Assembly: GCA_964436955.1 (NCBI GenBank)
Contig: CAYTFC010000003.1
Span: 4,159-68,158 of the forward strand
Direction: 5' to 3'
DNA: 64,000 nt
Source: an uncultured bacterium
Lineage (GTDB): Bacteria; Chlamydiota; Chlamydiia; Chlamydiales; JAJFMA01
Positions 24,387 to 32,885 of the stretch are shown in pieces. The notes below the pieces were generated by a model. The model was not told where the DNA came from. It worked only from the letters and a program-made list of their open reading frames with translations, and made no database searches. Within the stretch, counting starts at the first letter, position 1. Each line of letters begins with the position of its first letter. A program made the translations under genes and the position numbers.

Positions 24387-27300
24387 ATGCTTTCATTTCT
24401 CAAGCGATTTTTCGGCACTGCACAGGACCGTAATGTACGTAAGTTTCGCAAAATTGTTGAAAAAATCAATCAATGGGAACAAAAGTTTCTAGATCTTTCC
24501 GACGATGAACTGCGTGGCAAAACAAACGAATTTCGCGAGCGCATAGCTAAGGGTGAAACGCTCGATGAGCTTCTTCCTGAAGCGTATGCCGTTGTGAAGG
24601 TTGCTTGCAGACGTCTGATGGGTACAGAAGTCCATGTGTCGGGTTACGATCAGAAATGGGATATGATTCCTTACGATGTACAGCTGATTGGTGGCATTGC
24701 CATGCATAGCGGAACAATCTCAGAGATGATGACTGGTGAGGGAAAAACTCTTACAGCGGTGCTTCCACTTTATTTGAACGCCCTGACAGGCAAGCCTGTT
24801 CATTTGGTTACTGTTAACGACTATCTCGCTGAACGTGACTGTCAGTGGGTCGGAACCATCCTACGTTGGCTAGGCCTTACGACGGGCGCTCTCACTAATG
24901 CCACACCCATAGAACAGCGTAAGCAGACATATAATTGCGATGTTGTCTATGGCACAGCCTCAGAATTTGGTTTTGACTATCTGCGTGATAACAGCATGGT
25001 CATGAATAAGAATGAGCAAGTCCAGCGTGGCTATTTCTTTGCTATCATAGATGAAGTGGACTCTGTCCTTATTGACGAAGCACGTACGCCTTTAATTATC
25101 TCCGGACCTTCGCCAGTAAGCCGTCAAATGTATGACCAATTGGAAGCTGGTGTAGCGGCCCTTGTTAAGCGGCAGCGAGATTTGTGCAACACCTTAGCCA
25201 CCGATGCGCGTAAAATTTTGGAAGAAGTTCAAAAAGCGCGCGAAAACGATACTTTCGATAAAAAGATGGGCGAAAAAGAGCGGGAAGCTCTTCATAAGTT
25301 ATGGCTTGTCACTAAAGGGACTCCGCGAAACAAGGTTCTCAAACGTCTTAAGGAAGATCCTGATGTCCGCGCAGGCATCGATGAATGGGATCTATTTTAC
25401 TATACGGACCAAAACAAGCCTGATAAGCACATAGCCATTTCTCAGATGTATATTACTGTCGATGAGAAAGCCAGTGAGTATGAACTCACCGATAAGGGCA
25501 TTACAGCTTGGGAAGAGGCCAGCAGTGGCGAGGTTTCCAGCAGCGACTTTATCATGCTCGATCTGGGCTATGAATATCACAAAATCGATCAAGACCCAGC
25601 TCTAGATGACGAAGCTAAGTTACGGGAACGTCTAGCCATCCAAGAGGAAGACACCAAACGCAAAGAACGTGCACACAACTTGCGCCAACTTCTGCGTGCT
25701 CACTTGCTAATGGAACGTGATGTCGATTACATGGTTCAAGAAGGCAAAGTTATCATCGTTGATGAACACACTGGCCGTCCACAGCCTGGACGTCGTTTCA
25801 GTGATGGTCTACATCAGGCAATAGAAGCCAAAGAGGGCGTTCCTATCCAGCGTGAAACGCAAACTTACGCCACGATTACACTACAGAACTACTTCCGTAT
25901 GTATGAAAAGCTGTCCGGAATGACGGGTACAGCAAACACAGAAGCCGGCGAGTTTAAGGAAATCTATAAATTGGATGTTTTGGAAATTCCAACGCATAAA
26001 ACATGCGTTCGCAAGGATTTCCATGATGAGATTTATATGACCGAGCGCGAGAAGTATAATGCTATTCTGAAGGAAGTGCGGGACATTAACTCACAAGGAC
26101 GCCCCATATTAATTGGTACAGAATCTGTTGAGGTTTCCGAAAAGCTTTCCCGAATCTTTAAGCAAAATGGCCTTGAACACACCGTTTTGAATGCGAAATA
26201 TCATGAACGTGAAGCAGAAATTATAGCTCTTGCGGGGCAGCGTGGTGCCATCACAATTGCCACTAACATGGCCGGTCGTGGAACGGATATTAAGTTGGGA
26301 AGCGGAGTTGCGGATGTCGGCGGTCTCTATGTTATGGGTACCACACGCCACCAGTCCCGACGTATCGACAGGCAGTTGAGAGGTCGATGCGCACGTCAAG
26401 GCGATCCTGGCACATCGAAGTTCTATGTGTCGTTTGAAGATCAGCTTTTGCGTCTATTCGCATCGCCAACATTGACTGGGATTTTGCAGAAATTACGCCC
26501 GCCTGAAGGCGAGCCCATTTCTGCACGTATGTTGGATAAATCCATCGAGACCGCACAGAAACGCGTTGAGCAGCGCAACTATACCATTCGTAAGCATACG
26601 CTAGAATACGACGATGTGATGAACAAGCAGCGTCAGGCTATTTACGAATTCCGTAATGAAGTATTGCAATCGGAAGACATTGAATCCATAGCTTTAGAAT
26701 TATTGCATACGGTTTGCTTGGCAGCGGGTGAAGATTATTTCCAGAGTCGTAGTCAAGAAAATGCGTGGGATCCAGAAGGCTATCGTCTTTGGCTCTTAGA
26801 GCATTTTCCTGTATCGTTTGAAGAAGGTGAGTTTGATGACGAGTATTCTGATGTCGATCATCTAGCGCAAAAAGCTTCAGATAAAATTGTGAAAGCATTT
26901 ACTGAGAAGCTTGCTCGCGAAAATGCGAAGGTTCCTGTTGCATCTGATGGTACGCGCCCTAACATAGCGAACAGAGCTATTCGCGACTTGATGATCCGTA
27001 AAATTGACAGCCGTTGGCAGGAACATCTTCTAACGATGGACCATTTGCGTGCCGATGTTAGTTTGCGTACGGTTGGTCAGCGTGATCCATTGATGGAGTT
27101 TAAACATGAAGCATTTCAGTTATTTAGTGATCTTTCGATCAATTTGCGTACAGACATTGCGCATGACATGTTCCGTTTTGAAATCATTACGCAGCAGCAA
27201 GCCAGTTTGCAGCAGCTTTTAAGTCGTCTGCACATGGAAACCAACCGCTCATTCCTGACAGAGTTGGAAGGTTTGCAGCCCTTACCACAGTCAGCGCAGG

Positions 27301-27452
27301 CTCCAACCAATGGCAAGCCAATGCTAGATCCCGAAATGCCTGAGAAGCTTGAGCCGGTTACAGTAGAGCAACGAGTAGGGCGTAACGACTTGTGTCCTTG
27401 TGGAAGTGGCCTCAAGTATAAAAAGTGCCACGGTAGAGGCAAAGAGGAGTAG
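24387..27452 (+). CDS. secA: preprotein translocase ATPase SecA
   Basis: MTGEGKTL Walker A, DEVDSVLIDEARTPLIISG, TNMAGRGTDI, C-terminal zinc motif CPCGSGLKYKKCHG; 1021 aa. Confidence 0.97.
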   Translation: MLSFLKRFFGTAQDRNVRKFRKIVEKINQWEQKFLDLSDDELRGKTNEFRERIAKGETLDELLPEAYAVVKVACRRLMGTEVHVSGYDQKWDMIPYDVQLIGGIAMHSGTISEMMTGEGKTLTAVLPLYLNALTGKPVHLVTVNDYLAERDCQWVGTILRWLGLTTGALTNATPIEQRKQTYNCDVVYGTASEFGFDYLRDNSMVMNKNEQVQRGYFFAIIDEVDSVLIDEARTPLIISGPSPVSRQMYDQLEAGVAALVKRQRDLCNTLATDARKILEEVQKARENDTFDKKMGEKEREALHKLWLVTKGTPRNKVLKRLKEDPDVRAGIDEWDLFYYTDQNKPDKHIAISQMYITVDEKASEYELTDKGITAWEEASSGEVSSSDFIMLDLGYEYHKIDQDPALDDEAKLRERLAIQEEDTKRKERAHNLRQLLRAHLLMERDVDYMVQEGKVIIVDEHTGRPQPGRRFSDGLHQAIEAKEGVPIQRETQTYATITLQNYFRMYEKLSGMTGTANTEAGEFKEIYKLDVLEIPTHKTCVRKDFHDEIYMTEREKYNAILKEVRDINSQGRPILIGTESVEVSEKLSRIFKQNGLEHTVLNAKYHEREAEIIALAGQRGAITIATNMAGRGTDIKLGSGVADVGGLYVMGTTRHQSRRIDRQLRGRCARQGDPGTSKFYVSFEDQLLRLFASPTLTGILQKLRPPEGEPISARMLDKSIETAQKRVEQRNYTIRKHTLEYDDVMNKQRQAIYEFRNEVLQSEDIESIALELLHTVCLAAGEDYFQSRSQENAWDPEGYRLWLLEHFPVSFEEGEFDDEYSDVDHLAQKASDKIVKAFTEKLARENAKVPVASDGTRPNIANRAIRDLMIRKIDSRWQEHLLTMDHLRADVSLRTVGQRDPLMEFKHEAFQLFSDLSINLRTDIAHDMFRFEIITQQQASLQQLLSRLHMETNRSFLTELEGLQPLPQSAQAPTNGKPMLDPEMPEKLEPVTVEQRVGRNDLCPCGSGLKYKKCHGRGKEE

Positions 27453-27528
27453 TCCCTTTGAGATAATTGCATAAGTCGGGTTGGCTTTTTCCGCTTTGTA
27501 AATAGACTTAGAAAGACATTATTTGTTC

Positions 27529-27778
27529 GAAAACCCCAAAAGGGGTTTCAAAATAATAGCCATGGGTAAGAACCCCGAGGGGTCGCAACCCATGGTATTG
27601 GCAATAGAATTCTGAACCCCGAACGGGGTTCCATATTTTTAAAATCCTATTTAAGACGTGCTGTGGATGATATTGAACCCGCTTCGGGGTTCGAGTTCTT
27701 CTCGCATTTTCCATGGGTTACGACCTCTTTCGAGGTCTTACCCATGGCTATTATTTTGAAACCCCTTTGGGGGTTTTC
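27529..27778. repeat. compound nested palindrome / hairpin cluster (element B)
   Basis: 43-nt inverted repeats 27529-27571 / 27736-27778 (one indel); each arm holds a CCATGGGT...ACCCATGG sub-palindrome; 6-7 short GC hairpins of the type GAACCCC-N4-GGGGTTC. Confidence 0.8.
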
Positions 27779-27878
27779 AGCCGCTTTGCGGCTAATAATC
27801 AAAGACATAAAGCATAAACAATTTTAGAGATCAAAGAGACGAAAGGGACAGATGCCCGTTGCGCCCCTTTAACTTAGA

Positions 27879-28364
27879 TTAAGCGGTTTGTTCGTCGAGT
27901 CCCTTAAGGACTTTGCAACCTAGGCCTAGAAGGGCTAACCCACTGCTTAGATACACATACCAGTAGTCCCCGTTCCAGTTCAACGTGAAGACTCCGTTTT
28001 GCGAGAATAGCCAAAGCACTAACCCAAATAAGAAAAAGACCGAACCGCCCAGTAAAAACAACAAAGAAGAGAATACCGTTGTGCTATCCGACGTGTTAAC
28101 ATTCTCTTCGCTTACCACGTCCTCTTCTTCTTCCACCACACGTTTGCCCAAACCTTCAAAAGGTGGCTGCGGAGCTTTCGCGGGTTTCGCCTCTTGCAAC
28201 ATGGCATAGGGAGGCGCTAAAGGATCTACGCCTTGTTTTTTCTTGGCCTGCTTGGGGTTTGCCCCTTCTTTTAGACTCGCTCCACAATAGGTACATTGGT
28301 CGACTGCTAGTGAAAGACTTCCGTCGCAGTTCCAGCATAGCCGTTTCTTGGGTGTTGCACTCAT
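27879..28364 (-). CDS. hypothetical zinc-ribbon membrane protein
   Basis: CWNCDGS...CTYCGAS zinc ribbon, Pro/Lys-rich linker, acidic run, two C-terminal TM helices; start ambiguous (ATG 28364, ATG 28418 or TTG 28427). Confidence 0.5.
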   Translation of the reverse strand: MSATPKKRLCWNCDGSLSLAVDQCTYCGASLKEGANPKQAKKKQGVDPLAPPYAMLQEAKPAKAPQPPFEGLGKRVVEEEEDVVSEENVNTSDSTTVFSSLLFLLGGSVFFLFGLVLWLFSQNGVFTLNWNGDYWYVYLSSGLALLGLGCKVLKGLDEQTA

Positions 28365-28440
28365 CGCCGTCGCTTGGTATATGGGGTTAGCATTACATCT
28401 ATCGCTTAAACGTCGCATTTCTTTCAAGGGACATTTGCGT

Positions 28441-29121
28441 GTGAAGACGGCTCTCTCTCTGGTGACTGCTTCTTTCCTATTAATCAGTCTAGCAGGCTGT
28501 ATGCCGTATCGCTATCATACACGAGATGTTGTTGCCTGTCAGGAAGAATGTGAGCCTATTTGCCATGTCTGTCGCGAACAAGCGCGCGATCACTGGCTAT
28601 ATGACATCATTCCACGCCATCGAACTCAAATTTACTGGTATGATGTCGGACATTGGATCACATGGGCGCTATTCGGTAATGACGATGACGGTATTTTTGG
28701 TGAAGAACCAACCTCTCATTTTTACTGCAATGAATCCCCCTCACTTTGGAAGGCGACTGCATGGGGATGCCGCAATTCACTACACAACTTTTGTTTCTAT
28801 GTGATCGGTTCAGCATACGAAGAGAATGATGAATTCACAGTTCTCCGTCTTACGCCGACTTACGGAGAAGCTTTTGTACATCGTCCCTCTGCTGACACCG
28901 TTTTTGCTGGGGATGGCTCGTCCCTCTACTTAGCTCTTCACGGATGCAAGCCATTTCTATCCGCGCGCATCGTGTGGAGTAAATATCGTGAAACGAGATT
29001 CTACGTTGGTTGGCGCTGCCGGGGAAATTTTGGTATCCGTTTCAATCCGCTAGCTCACAGAAAAATAAAACCCGCGATACACAAAATAGCGGACACCGGA
29101 TATCATAGCGACCACATCTAA
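28441..29121 (+). CDS. hypothetical Cys-rich lipoprotein
   Basis: GTG 28441 gives (M)KTALSLVTASFLLISLAGC, a signal peptide with lipobox; mature part has CQEECEPICHVC cluster and WALFGNDDDG, RNSLHNFCFYVIG motifs; the ORF-track start at 28348 would overlap the divergent gene. Confidence 0.6.
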   Translation: MKTALSLVTASFLLISLAGCMPYRYHTRDVVACQEECEPICHVCREQARDHWLYDIIPRHRTQIYWYDVGHWITWALFGNDDDGIFGEEPTSHFYCNESPSLWKATAWGCRNSLHNFCFYVIGSAYEENDEFTVLRLTPTYGEAFVHRPSADTVFAGDGSSLYLALHGCKPFLSARIVWSKYRETRFYVGWRCRGNFGIRFNPLAHRKIKPAIHKIADTGYHSDHI

Positions 29122-30548
29122 TGAAGCAGGTAATGGTTGTGAGTCTAGAAGAAAAGAAGTTCGATGTTGTAGTTCTTGGCGGCGGTCCAGGTGGCTATCC
29201 GGCCGCTATTCGCGCGGCTCAAAATGGTAAATCGGTCGCGCTGGTAGAAGCCGCAGAGGTTGGAGGTACTTGCCTTAACCGTGGCTGCATTCCCACCAAA
29301 GCGTTAATTGCCAATGGTGAAGCGTTACACAAAATTCGCACCGCCGAAGAGTTTGGCATCACTGTTAAGGAAGTTTCCTTTGACTACAGTAAGATGAATG
29401 CTCGTAAGGATCGTATCGTAGACCAAGTACGTACAAGCCTTGAGGGTTTGATTGCTAGCAATAAGGTAAAGTTAATCCGTGGTTATGGACGCTTTGTAGG
29501 CCCTCACGATATCAAAGTCACCGGACAAGATTCCTGCCTTATTTCTGCGAAATCCATTATCATCGCTACGGGTTCTGAGCCGCGTAATATGGCGGCATTT
29601 CCTTTTGACCACGAGCGCGTGCACAGCTCTACTTCGATTTTACAGCTTACCAAACTGCCAAAAAGCCTTGTTATTGTCGGTGGAGGTGTTATTGGTTGTG
29701 AATTTGCATCTCTTTATCAAGTATTAGGGGTTGAACTCATAGTTTTAGAGGCGCTAGGACAGATTCTGCCTCTAGAAAGCGTGGGAGTGAGTGACACACT
29801 GCGTAAAGCCTTTGATAGCAAGGGTATTCAGGTCGAAACAAGCGTGGCTGTTCAAAGCATTGAGCGCACCGAAAGTGGCGTGCGTGTGCATTGCGGCGGT
29901 AGTAATTTCTACGAAGCTGAGATGGCACTTGTTGCGATCGGCCGCATCCGCAATACGACCGATATCGGTCTTGAAAAAGCTGGCGTTGTGGTTAATGACA
30001 ATGGAGAAGTTCCTACTACGGATGAAATGCGCACAAATGTTCCTCATATCTATGCCGTAGGTGATATCACCCGTAATTGGTGGCTTGCTCATGTTGCCTC
30101 GCACCAAGGCCTGGTGGCGGCTGACAATGCCACTGGAAAGCCAGCACTCATGCACTACAATTCTGTTCCAGCTGTTATTTTTACTCAGCCTGAAATTGGA
30201 ACTGTTGGATTGACGCTTGAAAAGGCTATCGATGCTGGCTATAAAGCTACCGTCGGGTCATTTCCCTTTGCATATCTAGGTAAATCGCTTGCTAACAATG
30301 AAACCGTAGGTTTTGCTCAAATCGTTAGTGATCGGGCTACAGGCCAAATCTTGGGTGCACAGGTTGTAGGATTTGAAGCTGCTACCCTGGTCGCCGAAAT
30401 GGGTGTTGCCATAGCTAACGAACTTACCTTAGAATCAATTACTGCAACGATTCATGCCCATCCTACCATTGCAGAAGCATGGCTAGAAGCGGCTTTACAA
30501 GCCAATGGCACCCCCTTGCATTTGCCACCCAAGCGAACCAAGGCATAA
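29121..30548 (+). CDS. lpdA: dihydrolipoyl dehydrogenase (E3)
   Basis: GGGPGGYPAAIRAAQ FAD motif, redox disulfide GGTCLNRGCIPTK, C-terminal HAHPT. Confidence 0.95.
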   Translation: MKQVMVVSLEEKKFDVVVLGGGPGGYPAAIRAAQNGKSVALVEAAEVGGTCLNRGCIPTKALIANGEALHKIRTAEEFGITVKEVSFDYSKMNARKDRIVDQVRTSLEGLIASNKVKLIRGYGRFVGPHDIKVTGQDSCLISAKSIIIATGSEPRNMAAFPFDHERVHSSTSILQLTKLPKSLVIVGGGVIGCEFASLYQVLGVELIVLEALGQILPLESVGVSDTLRKAFDSKGIQVETSVAVQSIERTESGVRVHCGGSNFYEAEMALVAIGRIRNTTDIGLEKAGVVVNDNGEVPTTDEMRTNVPHIYAVGDITRNWWLAHVASHQGLVAADNATGKPALMHYNSVPAVIFTQPEIGTVGLTLEKAIDAGYKATVGSFPFAYLGKSLANNETVGFAQIVSDRATGQILGAQVVGFEAATLVAEMGVAIANELTLESITATIHAHPTIAEAWLEAALQANGTPLHLPPKRTKA

Positions 30549-30551
30549 GGA

Positions 30552-31541
30552 ATGCATAATAAAGATCAGTTCGACACCAATCCCCAAGTTAGGGAGAGAC
30601 GTCTTAACAGGCTTCCAGAGAATCCAGAGGCATCGGACCCTGATAAAGCCGTTAGTTTGGGCCGTTTTCCTTCCTGGCTGCATCGCCCCCTACCCAAAGG
30701 TGGTGAGCTATTCACGACCAATAAAATTATTCGTGAAAATCGCTTGGCGACAGTTTGCGAAGAGGCAAAGTGCCCAAATTTGCTCGAATGTTATTCTCGT
30801 AAAACCGCCACTTTTTTGATCATGGGCAGAGATTGCACACGCGCATGTGGATTTTGCGAAATCAACTTTGCTAAGGAACCAGCGCCTTTAGACGATGATG
30901 AACCCCTTCGCGTGGCCGAGTCGGTCAAAGAACTTGGGCTCAAACATGTTGTGATTACCATGGTTGCTCGCGATGATTTGTCAGATGGCGGTGCTAAGCA
31001 CCTCGTAAAAGTCGTCGATGCTGTGCGCAAAGAGGTTCCCGGTGTTACGATCGAAGTTCTCACATCTGATTTCGCTGGAAATAGCGACGCTTGGGATGAC
31101 ATGCTCGAAGCAAAACCAGACATCTTTAATCACAACATAGAGACCGTGCGGGATCTCACCCCTCGCGTCCGCCATAAAGCCACCTACGACCGTACCTTAT
31201 CCCTGCTTAACCATGTCAAGCGTTCTGGCGTCAAATTGCATGTCAAATCAGGACTAATGGCAGGGCTGGGAGAAACTGAAGTGCAAATGCACGCCACTCT
31301 CGATGATCTTAAGGCTGCAGGATGTGATATCGTCACCATTGGTCAATATCTCCAAGCCAATCGCAACAAGCTTCGAGTTCAATCCTTTGTGACTCCCGAA
31401 CAGTTTGCTGGCTACGAACAGTATGGCAATAGTATTGGCATCAAGACCATGTACTGCGGCCCATTTGTGCGTTCCAGTTACAACGCCAATCTAGTAATCG
31501 AAAGAGCAAATGGCGAAATCGCCACCATTAATAGTATTTAG
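30552..31541 (+). CDS. lipA: lipoyl synthase (radical SAM)
   Basis: CEEAKCPNLLEC auxiliary-cluster motif and CTRACGFC (Cx3Cx2C) radical-SAM motif. Confidence 0.95.
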   Translation: MHNKDQFDTNPQVRERRLNRLPENPEASDPDKAVSLGRFPSWLHRPLPKGGELFTTNKIIRENRLATVCEEAKCPNLLECYSRKTATFLIMGRDCTRACGFCEINFAKEPAPLDDDEPLRVAESVKELGLKHVVITMVARDDLSDGGAKHLVKVVDAVRKEVPGVTIEVLTSDFAGNSDAWDDMLEAKPDIFNHNIETVRDLTPRVRHKATYDRTLSLLNHVKRSGVKLHVKSGLMAGLGETEVQMHATLDDLKAAGCDIVTIGQYLQANRNKLRVQSFVTPEQFAGYEQYGNSIGIKTMYCGPFVRSSYNANLVIERANGEIATINSI

Positions 31542-31544
31542 GAA

Positions 31545-32531
31545 ATGAACATGGACGAGCAAAAGAAGTCTTTTCAACAACTCATGCGCGAAGCACTTGG
31601 AATCTCTGATTCCGAGGAGGCTTATGATGATCGTGCCGATCTTTCAGACGAAACGTATGATCTCGCAGACGCAGAGGATATAGAGATCCTAATGCATCGC
31701 GATGCTCATTTCGGTGGAAATTTTCCGCTGATGTTTGACTACTACGCGCGTGAGGGAAAGGGTGTTAATCAAGAGTTCAGCCTAGATCGCATGGACAGAT
31801 TGTATCAGGCAGAAACCTCCTCGGGAGAAGATCTAGCATCAATGATGCTCACAGGTGCAGATGCCGAAAAAGTAGCACAAGTGAGGCGGGTGTACCACGG
31901 TCTGCGCAAGATCTACGAATTGGATAATAGCGAAAATCCGCATCCCAAGTTATTAGCGGACCTTATTCTCAGTGAGGAGGAAGAACCTACCGAAGAGATT
32001 GATGCCATTGTGGCACAAGGCCCAGCCATTGTACCTTCGTTATTGCAACTGTTGCAAGCTAGGGAGTTTTACGATCCTCTCTATCCAGGCTATGGCTATG
32101 CTCCTGCTTTGGCTGCGCAATGTTTAGGTAAAATCAAAGATCGCAGTGCTATTGCACCCCTTTTTGAGGCCATTAATGCCGGTGATTTTTTTGCTGAAGA
32201 GGACATTTATCATGCTTTAGTAGAGATTGGAATTCCGGCCCGTGACTTTTTACTTAAGCTACTTCTGCTTAGACCAATGACTATGGATAATGAACGCGCA
32301 GGACGTGTTCTTACGCATTTTGCTTTGGATCCTCTCGTGGCAAAGACAGCGCTTCAGCAGCTTCAGGATGTCGATGTAGCAAAACATTCAAATCTAGCAG
32401 CCTATTTGGTTCTTTGCTGTGAAGGCCTAACAGATCCTTCTGATAGACAAGCTTTTATACAGTTGGCGAACCGTGAAGATCTGCGGGAATTTCACCTGGA
32501 TATCAATGCCATCGCCCATGAATGGAAGTAA
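31545..32531 (+). CDS. hypothetical protein, acidic N-terminus plus HEAT/PBS-lyase-like repeats
   Basis: ALAAQCLGKIKDRSAIAPLFEAIN and similar helical repeat units; function unknown. Confidence 0.6.
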   Translation: MNMDEQKKSFQQLMREALGISDSEEAYDDRADLSDETYDLADAEDIEILMHRDAHFGGNFPLMFDYYAREGKGVNQEFSLDRMDRLYQAETSSGEDLASMMLTGADAEKVAQVRRVYHGLRKIYELDNSENPHPKLLADLILSEEEEPTEEIDAIVAQGPAIVPSLLQLLQAREFYDPLYPGYGYAPALAAQCLGKIKDRSAIAPLFEAINAGDFFAEEDIYHALVEIGIPARDFLLKLLLLRPMTMDNERAGRVLTHFALDPLVAKTALQQLQDVDVAKHSNLAAYLVLCCEGLTDPSDRQAFIQLANREDLREFHLDINAIAHEWK

Positions 32532-32543
32532 GTTAAAAAATTC

Positions 32544-32792
32544 GTTTTGATTTTTTAGGATTTTTACCACAGAGGCACAGAGACACTGAGAAGGACCTGC
32601 GATTTAGAGGTCGGTTTTAGGGACTTTTTCTGGTCTTGAGAGACCAGAAAAAATTGCCTCAGTTTAACAGTTAAATGAGCTGGGTCTCCAGGCCTCTCAA
32701 GGCCTGGAGACTCCCTAAAACCGGTCTCTTAACCGCAGGCCCTTCTCAGTGTCTCTGTGCCTCTGTGGTAAAAATCCTAAAAAAAATCAAAC
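32544..32792. repeat. ~250-bp long-arm palindrome (element C) upstream of sctJ
   Basis: 32557-32594 is the exact reverse complement of 32741-32778 (38 bp); ~80-nt arms overall; internal hairpins 32625-32652 and 32684-32711. Confidence 0.9.
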
Positions 32793-32885
32793 AGACTTGT
32801 ATACCAGGCTAAACTAGCATTGGTGAAAACCGTCAAATATGTTACCTTCCATAATTAACGGTGTCTTTTCCTAGGCCTATATATT

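Noticed and set aside
27508-27714. 68-aa minus-strand ORF in the ORF track
   Set aside because: It lies entirely inside the hairpin cluster of element B. Its peptide simply mirrors the palindromes (ETPFGVF, NPVRGSEF). It has no RBS and no coding-like composition.
30506-30520. TGGCAC-cccc-TTGCA near the end of lpdA as a sigma-54 (-24/-12) promoter for lipA
   Set aside because: GG and GC are separated by 9 nt rather than the required 10. The site is inside coding sequence only ~30 nt from the lipA start.
32544-32792. Long palindromes interpreted as a CRISPR array, integron attC sites, retron msr/msd or autonomous IS elements
   Set aside because: There are no regularly spaced direct repeats with unique spacers. 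No cas, integrase, reverse transcriptase or transposase ORF occurs anywhere in the window. I could identify no clear target-site duplications. A non-autonomous repeat or structured RNA is the most I can claim.
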